Source: Clostridiales bacterium
GTDB lineage: Bacteria; Bacillota; Clostridia; Lachnospirales; Lachnospiraceae
Length of the DNA: 44,117 nt
Direction: 5' to 3'
Assembly: GCA_012518885.1 (NCBI GenBank)
Contig: JAAYRG010000116.1
Location: forward strand, 1 to 44,117
How positions within the stretch are numbered: position 1 is the stretch's first letter; the number at the start of each line of letters is the position of its first letter. Shown one piece after another: positions 1 to 9,080 of the stretch. The translations under genes and the position numbers were made by a program. Below the pieces are notes generated by a model. The model worked only from the letters and a program-made list of their open reading frames with translations. It made no database searches and was not told the DNA's origin.

Positions 1-1
1 G

Positions 2-79
2 CCAAGTTTGACTCCTAGCCCTAAGGTAGATGGTGGTAAAGAAGTGGATACTGATAAAGATTCAGGAGCAAGTAACTAG
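2..79 (+). CDS. 3' end of an unidentified CDS entering from the left edge (partial)
   Basis: Frame 2 is the only open frame across the edge (...PSLTPSPKVDGGKEVDTDKDSGASN*). Stop TAG at 77-79, with a stem-loop right after it. Confidence 0.3.
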   Translation, partial: PSLTPSPKVDGGKEVDTDKDSGASN

Positions 80-99
80 TAATAAATATAAATCAACCC

Positions 100-151
100 A
101 AGAAAAGAATCCTAGACCTGCTATAGTCTTTGCAAATAGGATTCTTTTCTT
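100..151 (+). terminator. Stem-loop terminator of the upstream gene
   Basis: 14-bp inverted repeat AAGAAAAGAATCCT (100-113) / AGGATTCTTTTCTT (138-151); the 3' arm is T-rich. Confidence 0.55.
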
Positions 152-163
152 AGAGTTTATATC

Positions 164-191
164 TTGACAATAAAGTAGCATATGTTAAAAT
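164..191 (+). promoter_or_regulatory. Sigma-A type promoter for the leuS leader
   Basis: TTGACA at 164-169, a 16-nt spacer, then TGn-extended -10 TAAAAT at 186-191. It lies just upstream of the T-box leader. Confidence 0.55.
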
Positions 192-214
192 TAAGTAATG
201 TGAACACAATAGGA

Positions 215-500
215 TAAATACTGTGAAGAGGAGTATTAAGAGTACTAAGTTTTCAGAGAGCTGTCGGTTGGTGTGAGGCAGTAACAAAAGGCTCCCAACT
301 CGCCTCGGAGTTCCTTAATTGAAAGTAGTAAATTTATTTACTAAGTAGATTAAGGCGGGATATCCCGTTATAGATAGAATGAGTGCAAGTAAGGACACAT
401 TCATAGTTTTTTGTTGTCTATTACTTGAATTAGAGTGGTACCGCGGATTTAGCCTTTTCGTCTCTAACTTTGTGATAAAAGTTGGATGAAAAGGCTTTTT
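215..500 (+). promoter_or_regulatory. T-box leader (tRNA-sensing transcription attenuator) controlling leuS; probable CUC (Leu) specifier
   Basis: AGAGA motif near 255-259 and a GGTTGGTG distal-loop-like element at 266-273. Conserved T-box sequence AATTAGAGTGGTACCGCGG at 428-446. Terminator hairpin AGCCTTTTC (451-459) / GAAAAGGCT (488-496) plus a T-run to 500. AACTCG at 297-302 offers a CUC codon, but the specifier assignment is tentative. Confidence 0.85.
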
Positions 501-569
501 ATATTTATAAGAATAATTTGAAAATTATAATTAATTATCTAATTGATAGAATAATAGGAGGCTATAATT

Positions 570-2978
570 ATGGCAAGAAGCTATAACCATCATGAAATCG
601 AAGATAAATGGTCTAAGATATGGGAAGAAAACCCTGTTAATGAAAAAGATGAATCCAAAGAAAAGTATTACTGTCTTGATATGTTCCCATATCCTTCAGG
701 AAGTGGACTTCATGTAGGTCACTGGAGAGGATATGTAATAAGTGATGTTTGGAGTAGATATAAGTTACTACAAGGCTACTACGTTGTACATCCAATGGGA
801 TGGGACGCATTTGGGCTTCCAGCAGAAAACTTTGCTATAAAACATGGTATTCATCCTAGAAAGGCAACAGATGAGAACGTTGCTAACATTAAAAAGCAAA
901 TAAAAGACATTGCAGCTATTTATGACTGGGATATGGAGATTAATACTACTGATCCAGACTTCTATAAATGGACTCAATGGATTTTTGTAAAGATGTTTAA
1001 GGAAGGCCTAGCATATGAGAAAGAAATGCCTATTAACTGGTGTCCATCATGTAAGACAGGTCTAGCTAATGAAGAGGTTGTAGGTGGCGTTTGTGAACGT
1101 TGTGGTTCACTTGCAACTAAGAAGAACCTAAGACAGTGGATGTTAAAAATTACAGCATATGCTGAACGTCTACTTAATGACTTAGATAAGTTGGATTGGC
1201 CAGAAAAAGTTAAGAAGATGCAGTCTGACTGGATTGGTAAAAGTTATGGTGCAGAAATTGACTTCCAGGTAGAAGGAAGAGACGAGAAGATAAAGGTTTA
1301 TACAACAAGACCAGACACCCTATATGGTTCAACCTTTATGGTATTAGCACCTGAACACGAGTTAGCATTACAAATTACTACTAATGAAAACAAGGAAGCT
1401 GTAGAAGATTATATTTATAAGGCATCTTTAAAATCTTCTGTTGATAGATTACAAGATAAAGAAAAGACTGGTGTGTTTACAGGTAGCTATGCACGTAATC
1501 CAGTGAATAATGAATTGGTGCCTATTTGGATTTCAGACTATGTTTTAATTGATTACGGAACAGGAGCAATTATGTGTGTTCCTGCCCATGACGAAAGAGA
1601 CTTTGAGTTTGCTACTAAGTTTAACTTACCAATTGTTCAAGTTATTGCCAAAGATGGTGTTGAAATTCCGAATTTAACAGAAGCTTATACAGAACCAGGT
1701 ATTATGATAAACTCCGGTGAGTTTAACGGTATGGAATCTGAAAAGGCTAGACTTGAACTTCCAGGATTATTTGAAGAACGTGGAATAGGTAAGAAAACAG
1801 TTAATTACAAGCTAAGAGACTGGGTATTCTCTAGACAACGTTACTGGGGAGAACCAATTCCTATTATTCACTGTGACCACTGTGGTGTTGTACCAGTTCC
1901 AGAAGAGGACCTACCAGTATTATTACCTGAGGTTGATAATTACAAGCCTACAGGCACAGGTGAATCACCTCTTGCAGCAGTAGAAGAGTGGGTAAATACA
2001 ACATGTCCAACCTGTGGTGCACCAGCAAAGAGAGAGACTAACACTATGCCTCAATGGGCTGGGTCATCATGGTACTTCCTAAGATATGTTGATAGTAAGA
2101 ATGATAAGGAATTAATTTCCAAGGAAAAGGCTAATAAATACCTACCAGTAGATATGTATGTTGGTGGAGTAGAACACGCAGTTCTTCACTTACTATACTC
2201 AAGATTCTATACTAAGTTCTTAAATGATATTGGAGTATTAGATTTTGATGAGCCATTTTTAAAACTATTTAACCAAGGTATGATAGTTAAAGATGGTGCT
2301 AAGATGAGTAAGTCAAAAGGTAACGTAGTTTCACCTGATGAATTAGTTCGTGAATACGGCCGTGATTCATTAAGATTATATGAGCTATTTGTAGGTCCAC
2401 CAGAATTAGACTCTGAATGGGATGATAGGGGAATCGATGGTGTTTATCGCTTTATTAGACGTGTTTGGAATTTGTTTATGGATAACAAGGATAGTAACAT
2501 TAAAGCAACACCTGAAATGATTAAAACTAGACACCGAATGATTTATGAAATTACCCATCGTTTAGATAACCTAAGTCTTAACACTGTAGTAAGTGGATTC
2601 ATGGAATATACAAATAAATTAGTAGATATAGCCAACAAGGAAAAAGGCCTAGATAGAGGAACCCTTGAGTCAATGGCAGTTTTACTTGCTCCATTTACAC
2701 CTCACTTAGCAGAAGAGTTATGGTCACAACTAGGTAATACAAGTAGTGTATTTAAGGAAAAATGGCCTGAGTATGATGAAGATAAAATGAAAGAAACACA
2801 AATCAATATTCCTGTTCAGATTAATGGAAAAACTCGTGCTATTATCACAGTAAATGCTGATAGTACTAAAGAGGCAATTCTAGTAGCTGCTAAGGAAGAA
2901 GTAGCAGGTAGATTAACAGGTGATATTGTAAAAGAAATATATGTACCTGGCAAAATTGTAAATATTGTTATAAAGTAG
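570..2978 (+). CDS. leuS: Leucyl-tRNA synthetase
   Basis: 802 aa. Class I HIGH-type motif HVGH, a KMSKS motif (KMSKSKGN) and CxxC zinc-knuckle pairs. GGAGG RBS at 556-560 and a T-box leader upstream. Confidence 0.97.
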   Translation: MARSYNHHEIEDKWSKIWEENPVNEKDESKEKYYCLDMFPYPSGSGLHVGHWRGYVISDVWSRYKLLQGYYVVHPMGWDAFGLPAENFAIKHGIHPRKATDENVANIKKQIKDIAAIYDWDMEINTTDPDFYKWTQWIFVKMFKEGLAYEKEMPINWCPSCKTGLANEEVVGGVCERCGSLATKKNLRQWMLKITAYAERLLNDLDKLDWPEKVKKMQSDWIGKSYGAEIDFQVEGRDEKIKVYTTRPDTLYGSTFMVLAPEHELALQITTNENKEAVEDYIYKASLKSSVDRLQDKEKTGVFTGSYARNPVNNELVPIWISDYVLIDYGTGAIMCVPAHDERDFEFATKFNLPIVQVIAKDGVEIPNLTEAYTEPGIMINSGEFNGMESEKARLELPGLFEERGIGKKTVNYKLRDWVFSRQRYWGEPIPIIHCDHCGVVPVPEEDLPVLLPEVDNYKPTGTGESPLAAVEEWVNTTCPTCGAPAKRETNTMPQWAGSSWYFLRYVDSKNDKELISKEKANKYLPVDMYVGGVEHAVLHLLYSRFYTKFLNDIGVLDFDEPFLKLFNQGMIVKDGAKMSKSKGNVVSPDELVREYGRDSLRLYELFVGPPELDSEWDDRGIDGVYRFIRRVWNLFMDNKDSNIKATPEMIKTRHRMIYEITHRLDNLSLNTVVSGFMEYTNKLVDIANKEKGLDRGTLESMAVLLAPFTPHLAEELWSQLGNTSSVFKEKWPEYDEDKMKETQINIPVQINGKTRAIITVNADSTKEAILVAAKEEVAGRLTGDIVKEIYVPGKIVNIVIK

Positions 2979-3016
2979 GCTAATAAACTTACTTTGAAGG
3001 TATTTTAATTAATCAA

Positions 3017-3066
3017 AAAGCGGGCTGTTACTTAGTTTAGTATAAGACTAAGTAACAGCCCGCTTT
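3017..3066. terminator. Bidirectional terminator between leuS (+) and the 92-aa gene (-)
   Basis: Perfect 20-bp inverted repeat AAAGCGGGCTGTTACTTAGT / ACTAAGTAACAGCCCGCTTT, with A-runs before it and T-rich sequence after it. Confidence 0.85.
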
Positions 3067-3075
3067 ATTTATTCG

Positions 3076-3354
3076 CTATTTCCTGTTTTTTGCAACAAAT
3101 GACCTTATTAAATTAACTTTGTTTTTATCTTCAGGAGACATGTTTTCTGTTAGAACTTCAATTAATAATTCTTGTTCTTCCTTAGAAAAGGTTAGATTTT
3201 GTTGCTTCATTGTCTTGTTAGCTTGCATAAGTAGTGGTAGAATCATATCTGGCTTTTTTCCCTTTGCGCTTTCTGCAAAACTGATAAGTAATGCCAACTT
3301 TGCAGGGTCGATGTCTTTAATAGCAGGATGATTCATCCATGAATATTCACTCAT
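3076..3354 (-). CDS. Hypothetical small protein (92 aa)
   Basis: Clean ORF with an AGGGAG RBS upstream of the ATG and no transmembrane segment. It shares a short L..M.PEDK motif with the upstream 227-aa protein. I recognise no family. Confidence 0.7.
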   Translation of the reverse strand: MSEYSWMNHPAIKDIDPAKLALLISFAESAKGKKPDMILPLLMQANKTMKQQNLTFSKEEQELLIEVLTENMSPEDKNKVNLIRSFVAKNRK

Positions 3355-3438
3355 ATATTATACACTCCCTTTAAATAGTATATTATATGATATGCATAAT
3401 AGAAAGATGTTTAAATGAGTGTGAAATATCATCTGATA

Positions 3439-4122
3439 TTAGTAGTAAGGCCCATAATCATCGTGGTCTAAAGTGTTTGGGTCATCATTTTCGTCATTTT
3501 CATCATTGTCATCATTATATTCATTTGCATTAGAAATATGGGTCTCATCATTATCAAGGTTTATATCAAAATGGTCATCATGGTCCTTGCTAGTTTCGCT
3601 CTTATCAGAAGATAGGGGGTCATTTGAATTTAAGGTATTCATCATCTTAAGTGCCATGCTGATATTATCAATTGCGTCTTTGTCTTCTTCAGGTAGCATA
3701 GAAGATAAGATACCAAGCATATCTTCAGGGTTTGCACTACCATCTTGACCAAACATACTTGATAAGCCACCGAGTTCATCCATAGTTGACATCATAGAAA
3801 AGAGATTCTTATAAGTATCATACATCTCCATAATATTAAAAAGGTTGATTAGAGAATCAATAAGTTTAACTTCTTCCTCATAACAGACCTCGCGAACACT
3901 CTTTAACAAGCCCAATACATCAATCCTATCTGAATCTTCACTATTATCCTCTTCTTGAAAGCTAAAAGCAGATACAAAAGATTTATTTTTGCGCTTATAC
4001 AAACATTCAAAAAAATCCCCGGCCTTAATAAACAGTTCAAGGGTATCTTTAGATCTCCTGTTAAGATAAGGATAAGCAGCCCTAAGGATTTCTAAAGTAT
4101 GGTGCATATAAAACATTGACAT
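3439..4122 (-). CDS. Hypothetical acidic protein (227 aa) with a D/N/E-rich low-complexity C-terminal tail
   Basis: ORF with a GGGGTGG RBS. The C-terminal ~60 aa are dominated by D/N/E/H (…NDDNDENDENDDPNTLDHDDYGPYY). I recognise no family. Confidence 0.7.
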   Translation of the reverse strand: MSMFYMHHTLEILRAAYPYLNRRSKDTLELFIKAGDFFECLYKRKNKSFVSAFSFQEEDNSEDSDRIDVLGLLKSVREVCYEEEVKLIDSLINLFNIMEMYDTYKNLFSMMSTMDELGGLSSMFGQDGSANPEDMLGILSSMLPEEDKDAIDNISMALKMMNTLNSNDPLSSDKSETSKDHDDHFDINLDNDETHISNANEYNDDNDENDENDDPNTLDHDDYGPYY

Positions 4123-4263
4123 AACTTATCCAAAACCACCCCATTTACTGTTTATTATTACACTATATTCAGTAAGATGGATTTTATTACAAAGTAAGAA
4201 CAGTTAGCTATAAATCATGTGGTAGCTTTGGATAAGTAAAAGAGTCTTAATTAGTAAAATTAA

Positions 4264-4746
4264 TTAATTGCTTGGATATTCAAGGTTTAAAGGACTTGCC
4301 TGATATAGGGTATCCTCTAGATAGCGGTTAGCAAGATATTTAGCCATACCTAGATTCATGTCTAGATAGTTGCCGCAACCTTCCTTAGTTGCACCTGGTA
4401 CATCTCCTTCAAAATCTCTTATAAATTCAAACGTATTTATTATTAGGGGTAATATCTCCTTGGAAGAATAGTCTCCAACAAGAATTAAGTAAAAACCTGT
4501 TCTACACCCCATTGGTCCAAAGTATATAACCTTGTCCATGTAGTCTTTGTTATTTCTAAGATAGGTAGCTGCTAGATGTTCTATTGTATGCATTTCAGCG
4601 GTATTCATAACCGGTTCAAAGTTAGGCCTGGTCATTCTAAGGTCAAAAGTTGTTAAGACTTCACTGCCTACTTGGTCTTTCCTAGATACGTATACTCCTC
4701 TTTGTAATTTCATATGGTCAATTGTAAAGCTTGGTATATCTTTCAT
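4264..4746 (-). CDS. luxS: S-ribosylhomocysteine lyase (AI-2 synthase)
   Basis: 160 aa. Metal-binding HTIEH motif plus the GCRTGFY Cys motif typical of LuxS. AAGGGAAG RBS. Confidence 0.93.
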   Translation of the reverse strand: MKDIPSFTIDHMKLQRGVYVSRKDQVGSEVLTTFDLRMTRPNFEPVMNTAEMHTIEHLAATYLRNNKDYMDKVIYFGPMGCRTGFYLILVGDYSSKEILPLIINTFEFIRDFEGDVPGATKEGCGNYLDMNLGMAKYLANRYLEDTLYQASPLNLEYPSN

Positions 4747-5029
4747 GTTTATCTTCCCTTTCTACGTTCGTTTTATATCTATATTTAGATAGTCTTTTAG
4801 GTCTAGACCTAGTTTATTCTAGTAATAGATGGTCTATAATAATTATACTTGTTATAATTTATTTTACAATTATAACATAATATGCTATATAGTATAATAG
4901 AGAATTATCTGTAAATAGTCTAAAAGGGTAAAGTTAACATTAGACTATATTTTTGCGAGATAATGTGTTAAAATAATTTCTAGATGATTTTAGAAAATAA
5001 TAGTAAATATGATATAGAGGTGCATAATA

Positions 5030-6034
5030 ATGTTAAATGACAAAAAAGTGCTATATAGTGGAATGCAGGCTACTGGAAAGTTAACCCTAGGAAACTATTT
5101 AGGAGCCTTAAAAAATTGGGTTACTTTAAATGAAGAATATGAATGTTTTTTCTCAGTAGTAGACATGCATTCAATCACAGTAAGACAAAATCCAACTGAG
5201 CTTAGGAAAAAGGCAAGAGACCTGCTTATCCTGTATATTGCAGCAGGGCTAGACCCTAAAAAGAATTGCATATATTATCAATCCCATGTATCAGGTCATG
5301 CAGAACTAATGTGGATATTAAACTGCTATACATATATGGGTGAATTAAACCGTATGACACAGTTTAAGGACAAGTCTAGAAAGAACGAAGATAATATTAA
5401 TGCAGGCCTATTTACTTATCCTGTACTTATGGCTGCGGATATATTGTTGTTCCAATCTGATGTAGTACCTGTTGGTGCGGACCAGATGCAACATCTTGAA
5501 TTAACAAGAGATATAGCAGAAAGATTTAACAAGCTATATGGTGATGTATTCACAGTTCCAGAAGCCTATATAGGTAAAACCGGTGCAAGAATAATGAGCC
5601 TACAAAACCCTGAGAAGAAGATGTCTAAGTCTGATGAGAATCCTAATGGAAGTATCTACCTACTTGATGATACTGATACTATTATCCGCAAGTTTAAGAG
5701 GGCTGTCACAGATTCATATAGTGAGATTCTTTATAGAGATGAGCAACCTGGAATTAAGAATTTAATTGATATCTATAGTGCAGTAACTAATAAAACACCT
5801 GGGGAAATCGAGAAAGAATTCGATGGCAAGGGCTATGGAGAATTCAAGTTAGCAGTAGGTGAGGCTGTTGCAAGTACCCTTAAGCCTCTTCAAGATAGGG
5901 TTGCTGAATTATCTAAAGATAAGGCTTATATTGACTCTATAATAAAAGAGAACGCCGAAAAAGCGAATTACTTTGCAACTAAGACCCTTAGAAAGGTTCA
6001 AAGAAAAGTAGGATTTCCAGATAGAATTAGATAG
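5030..6034 (+). CDS. trpS: Tryptophanyl-tRNA synthetase
   Basis: 334 aa. N-terminal GKLTLGNYLG (HIGH-equivalent of TrpRS), a KMSKS motif and a GADQMQH motif. AGAGGTG RBS. Confidence 0.93.
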   Translation: MLNDKKVLYSGMQATGKLTLGNYLGALKNWVTLNEEYECFFSVVDMHSITVRQNPTELRKKARDLLILYIAAGLDPKKNCIYYQSHVSGHAELMWILNCYTYMGELNRMTQFKDKSRKNEDNINAGLFTYPVLMAADILLFQSDVVPVGADQMQHLELTRDIAERFNKLYGDVFTVPEAYIGKTGARIMSLQNPEKKMSKSDENPNGSIYLLDDTDTIIRKFKRAVTDSYSEILYRDEQPGIKNLIDIYSAVTNKTPGEIEKEFDGKGYGEFKLAVGEAVASTLKPLQDRVAELSKDKAYIDSIIKENAEKANYFATKTLRKVQRKVGFPDRIR

Positions 6035-6049
6035 TGAGGAAGGGTATTC

Positions 6050-7009
6050 ATGAGGATTGTATTTACTGAGGTCGACACTCTTGGTAATGATGTAGATTTA
6101 TCAATATTTGAGGAATTTGGACAAGTAATAAAGTATACTACTGCAGACTCGCTAAGTATTAGTGAGAAAGTAAAGGATGCAGATATAATAATAGCTAATA
6201 AGGCAGTGATGAATGAAGATTCCTTAAAGAATGCAGCTAATGTTAAGCTAATTTGTCTTACTGCAACTGGAACAAACAATATTGACTTTGCATATACAAA
6301 CAAACGAGGAATAGCGGTTGCTAATGTTAAAGGATATTCTACTGCGTCTGTAGTGCAACATACCTTTGCCTTGTTATTCTACGTATATGAAAAACTCGAT
6401 TATTTTAACAGATTTGTTAAATCAGGTGAATATACTAAGCATGAGATTTTCACCAATTTAGAACTTAAGTTTCATGAGTTATCAGGTAAGACTTGGGGAA
6501 TTATTGGCCTTGGAGATATCGGTAGAGGAGTAGCTAGGGTTGCCAAAGCCTTTGGATGCGATGTGATTTACTATTCTACTTCAGGTAAGAATATTAATAA
6601 GGAATATAAACAGGTAGACTTTGATGAACTACTTGCTAAATCTGATATTATTTCAATTCATGCTCCACTTAATGATGCTACAAGGAACTTAATAGATAAT
6701 GAAGCCCTAAGCAAGATGAAAGAGAGTGCTATACTTCTTAATTTAGGAAGGGGCCCAATAATAGATGAGGCTGCACTTGCTGATGCACTAGAGAATAATA
6801 TAATTGCGGGTGCAGGTTTAGATGTGTTAGCTGTTGAACCTATGGACCCTAACAACCCACTTCGAAGAATAGAAGACAATAACAAACTAATTATTACCCC
6901 TCATGTTGCTTGGGCAACAGTAGAAGCAAGACAAAGGTGTTGCAATGAGGTTTATGAGAACATAAGGTCCTTCTTAAGTGGTGGTAGACGAAACATAGTG
7001 GAGGGTTAG
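6050..7009 (+). CDS. D-isomer-specific 2-hydroxyacid dehydrogenase family protein (glycerate/hydroxypyruvate-reductase-like)
   Basis: 319 aa. NAD Rossmann motif GIIGLGDIGRGVA, catalytic-region motifs GRGPIIDE and ITPHVAW. It starts 16 nt after the trpS stop and has a GAGGAAGG RBS. Confidence 0.85.
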   Translation: MRIVFTEVDTLGNDVDLSIFEEFGQVIKYTTADSLSISEKVKDADIIIANKAVMNEDSLKNAANVKLICLTATGTNNIDFAYTNKRGIAVANVKGYSTASVVQHTFALLFYVYEKLDYFNRFVKSGEYTKHEIFTNLELKFHELSGKTWGIIGLGDIGRGVARVAKAFGCDVIYYSTSGKNINKEYKQVDFDELLAKSDIISIHAPLNDATRNLIDNEALSKMKESAILLNLGRGPIIDEAALADALENNIIAGAGLDVLAVEPMDPNNPLRRIEDNNKLIITPHVAWATVEARQRCCNEVYENIRSFLSGGRRNIVEG

Positions 7010-7068
7010 TCTAAGTATTAAATGTCTTAGATAATATTTGTTAAGAATTTTTATAAAATAATATAAAT

Positions 7069-7138
7069 AAAGACCAGGTATGGCCTGCCCAATAAGTTAT
7101 TAAACATATAACTTAAGGCTTTCCGCTACCTGGTCTTT
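7069..7138. terminator. Long-loop stem-loop terminator between the dehydrogenase gene (+) and potD (-)
   Basis: AAAGACCAGGTA (7069-7080) pairs with TACCTGGTCTTT (7127-7138). A T-run follows on the + strand and an A-run precedes it. Confidence 0.6.
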
Positions 7139-7157
7139 TTATATTTTTTTCTTTAAT

Positions 7158-7197
7158 ATACTAATACTATTAATAACATTATTAATAGTATTAGTAT
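7158..7197. repeat. 40-bp near-perfect palindrome that is almost entirely A/T, just downstream of the potD stop
   Basis: ATACTAATACTATTAATAA-CA-TTATTAATAGTATTAGTAT, i.e. 19-bp arms around a 2-nt centre. Confidence 0.8.
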
Positions 7198-7202
7198 TAT
7201 TT

Positions 7203-8276
7203 TTAGTTTCCACCGGATTTTACTTCATTCCATTTTTGAAGATAGATTTCATCCATTTCACTTCCAAGATACTTAAAGGCTGTAGTTCTTGAAAGAATGG
7301 TTTCATCTGGAAAGGCAATTTCGCTATTCCTTATTTCTTCGTCTTCAATTAAGGCTCTTGCAGCTGAATTTGGTGTAGAATAGGTGATAATTTCAAAGTT
7401 CTTAAGTGCAATATCAGGTCTACACATAAAGTCGATCCATTTTTCGGCATTTTCTTTGTTTGGAGCATTTTTAGGTATTACCCAGCTATCAATCCATACA
7501 TTAGACCCTTCCTTTGGTACAACATATTCTAGGTCAGGATTTTCTCTTTGGGTATAGATAGCTTCACCTGAGTAGATAACACCGATTGGGTTTTCTCCAC
7601 CTATCATCTTATCCCTTACTTGGTCAACTACATAAGCATCAACAGAAGAGTATTGTTCTTGTAATAATTGTTTCGCTTCTTCGATTTGTGCTTCATCAGT
7701 TGAGTTGATGCTATATCCAAGATATGCTAGGGCAATTGCAAAGGCATCCCTTACACTGTCTATCATTAGGACTTTTCCATCATATCCATGTTTTTGCATA
7801 AACTCTTTATCAAAAATTGCTGCCCAACTATCAATTTCTTCACCTATCATTGTCTTATTATATAATAGGCCAAGGGTTCCCCAAGTATAAGGTACACTAT
7901 ACTTGTTTTCAGGATCAAATTCCTTTGAGGATTCCCAGTGGACAGGGTCAATATTCTTAACATTAGGAATATTATCAAAGTTAATTTCTTGTAGAAGATC
8001 AGCCTCAATCATTTTTTGGATCATATAGTCTGATGGAGCTACAACATCATATTCTACAGAACCTGTTTGAATTACAGGGAACATATCCTCGTTTGTTACG
8101 AAATCATTGTAAACAACCTTAATACCAGTTTCTTCTTCAAACATATCAATTACTTCAGGGTCAATATATTCACCCCAGTTATATACATTTACAACTGGAC
8201 CATCTTCGCTTTGGCATCCAGTTAAGAATGCAACAATAAGAGCTAAGCTCATTATCAAAAATTTTGTTTTTCTCAT
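7203..8276 (-). CDS. potD: Spermidine/putrescine ABC transporter substrate-binding lipoprotein
   Basis: 357 aa. Signal peptide with lipobox LTGC. It is the last gene of a potABCD-ordered operon and has a GGAGG RBS. Confidence 0.85.
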   Translation of the reverse strand: MRKTKFLIMSLALIVAFLTGCQSEDGPVVNVYNWGEYIDPEVIDMFEEETGIKVVYNDFVTNEDMFPVIQTGSVEYDVVAPSDYMIQKMIEADLLQEINFDNIPNVKNIDPVHWESSKEFDPENKYSVPYTWGTLGLLYNKTMIGEEIDSWAAIFDKEFMQKHGYDGKVLMIDSVRDAFAIALAYLGYSINSTDEAQIEEAKQLLQEQYSSVDAYVVDQVRDKMIGGENPIGVIYSGEAIYTQRENPDLEYVVPKEGSNVWIDSWVIPKNAPNKENAEKWIDFMCRPDIALKNFEIITYSTPNSAARALIEDEEIRNSEIAFPDETILSRTTAFKYLGSEMDEIYLQKWNEVKSGGN

Positions 8277-8297
8277 TTTAACCTCCTAATTACACAC

Positions 8298-9080
8298 CTA
8301 TTTCTTACCTTTATTTTTACTGTAATTTACTAGAGTTAGTAGTATTAATACTGCTACAAACATCAAAGTTGATAAGGCATACATTTCTGGTTTAATACCT
8401 TTTCTAACTTCTGAATAGATTTTAGTTGAAAGAGTATCAACAGAAATACCCTTAGTAAAGTGGGTTATAACAAAGTCATCTAGGGACATTGTAAAGCTAA
8501 GTAAAAAGCCTGATAAAACACCTGGAAAAATTTCAGGGAAAACCACTTTGTAGAAAGCGTAAACAGGTTTAGCCCCTAGGTCCAAGGCGGCTTCATATGT
8601 GTTTATATTAAGTTGCTTTAATTTTGGCATAACACTCAATACTACATAAGGGATATTAAATGTTATGTGTGAGATAAGTACTGTTCTAAAGCCTAGGGTA
8701 AATCTCATGGCAACAAACAAGAGCATGAGAGAAATAGCAGTTACTATATCAGCATTCAACATTGGTATATTTGTAATGGAGAGTATAGTGGTTTTTGGAA
8801 CTATCTTCATTCTATTAATACCTATTGATGCCGCTGTTCCTATTATTGTAGCTATAAGGGCTGATAGGAAAGCAATAATAAGGGTTGTATAAAGAGCGTT
8901 CATAATCTCTCTATTTTGGAAGAGTTCTATATACCATTTAAGGGTAAACCCGCCCCACTTTGACCTTGATTTTGATTCATTGAAGGATAAAACCATTAGG
9001 ATTGCAATGGGAGCATATAAAAATAATAATATAAGTGCTATATAAAATTTCTGGAGGTAGTTCTTAATGGTGTTTTTCAT
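8298..9080 (-). CDS. potC: Spermidine/putrescine ABC transporter permease
   Basis: 260 aa with six predicted TM helices (BPD_transp_1 type). Its start overlaps the potB stop (ATGA). Confidence 0.85.
   Translation of the reverse strand: MKNTIKNYLQKFYIALILLFLYAPIAILMVLSFNESKSRSKWGGFTLKWYIELFQNREIMNALYTTLIIAFLSALIATIIGTAASIGINRMKIVPKTTILSITNIPMLNADIVTAISLMLLFVAMRFTLGFRTVLISHITFNIPYVVLSVMPKLKQLNINTYEAALDLGAKPVYAFYKVVFPEIFPGVLSGFLLSFTMSLDDFVITHFTKGISVDTLSTKIYSEVRKGIKPEMYALSTLMFVAVLILLTLVNYSKNKGKK

Noticed and set aside
4747-5029. Expected T-box leader upstream of trpS
   Set aside because: I read the spacer on the + strand and found no T-box sequence, specifier-loop context or terminator/antiterminator alternative. 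Its absence is reported as an observation instead.
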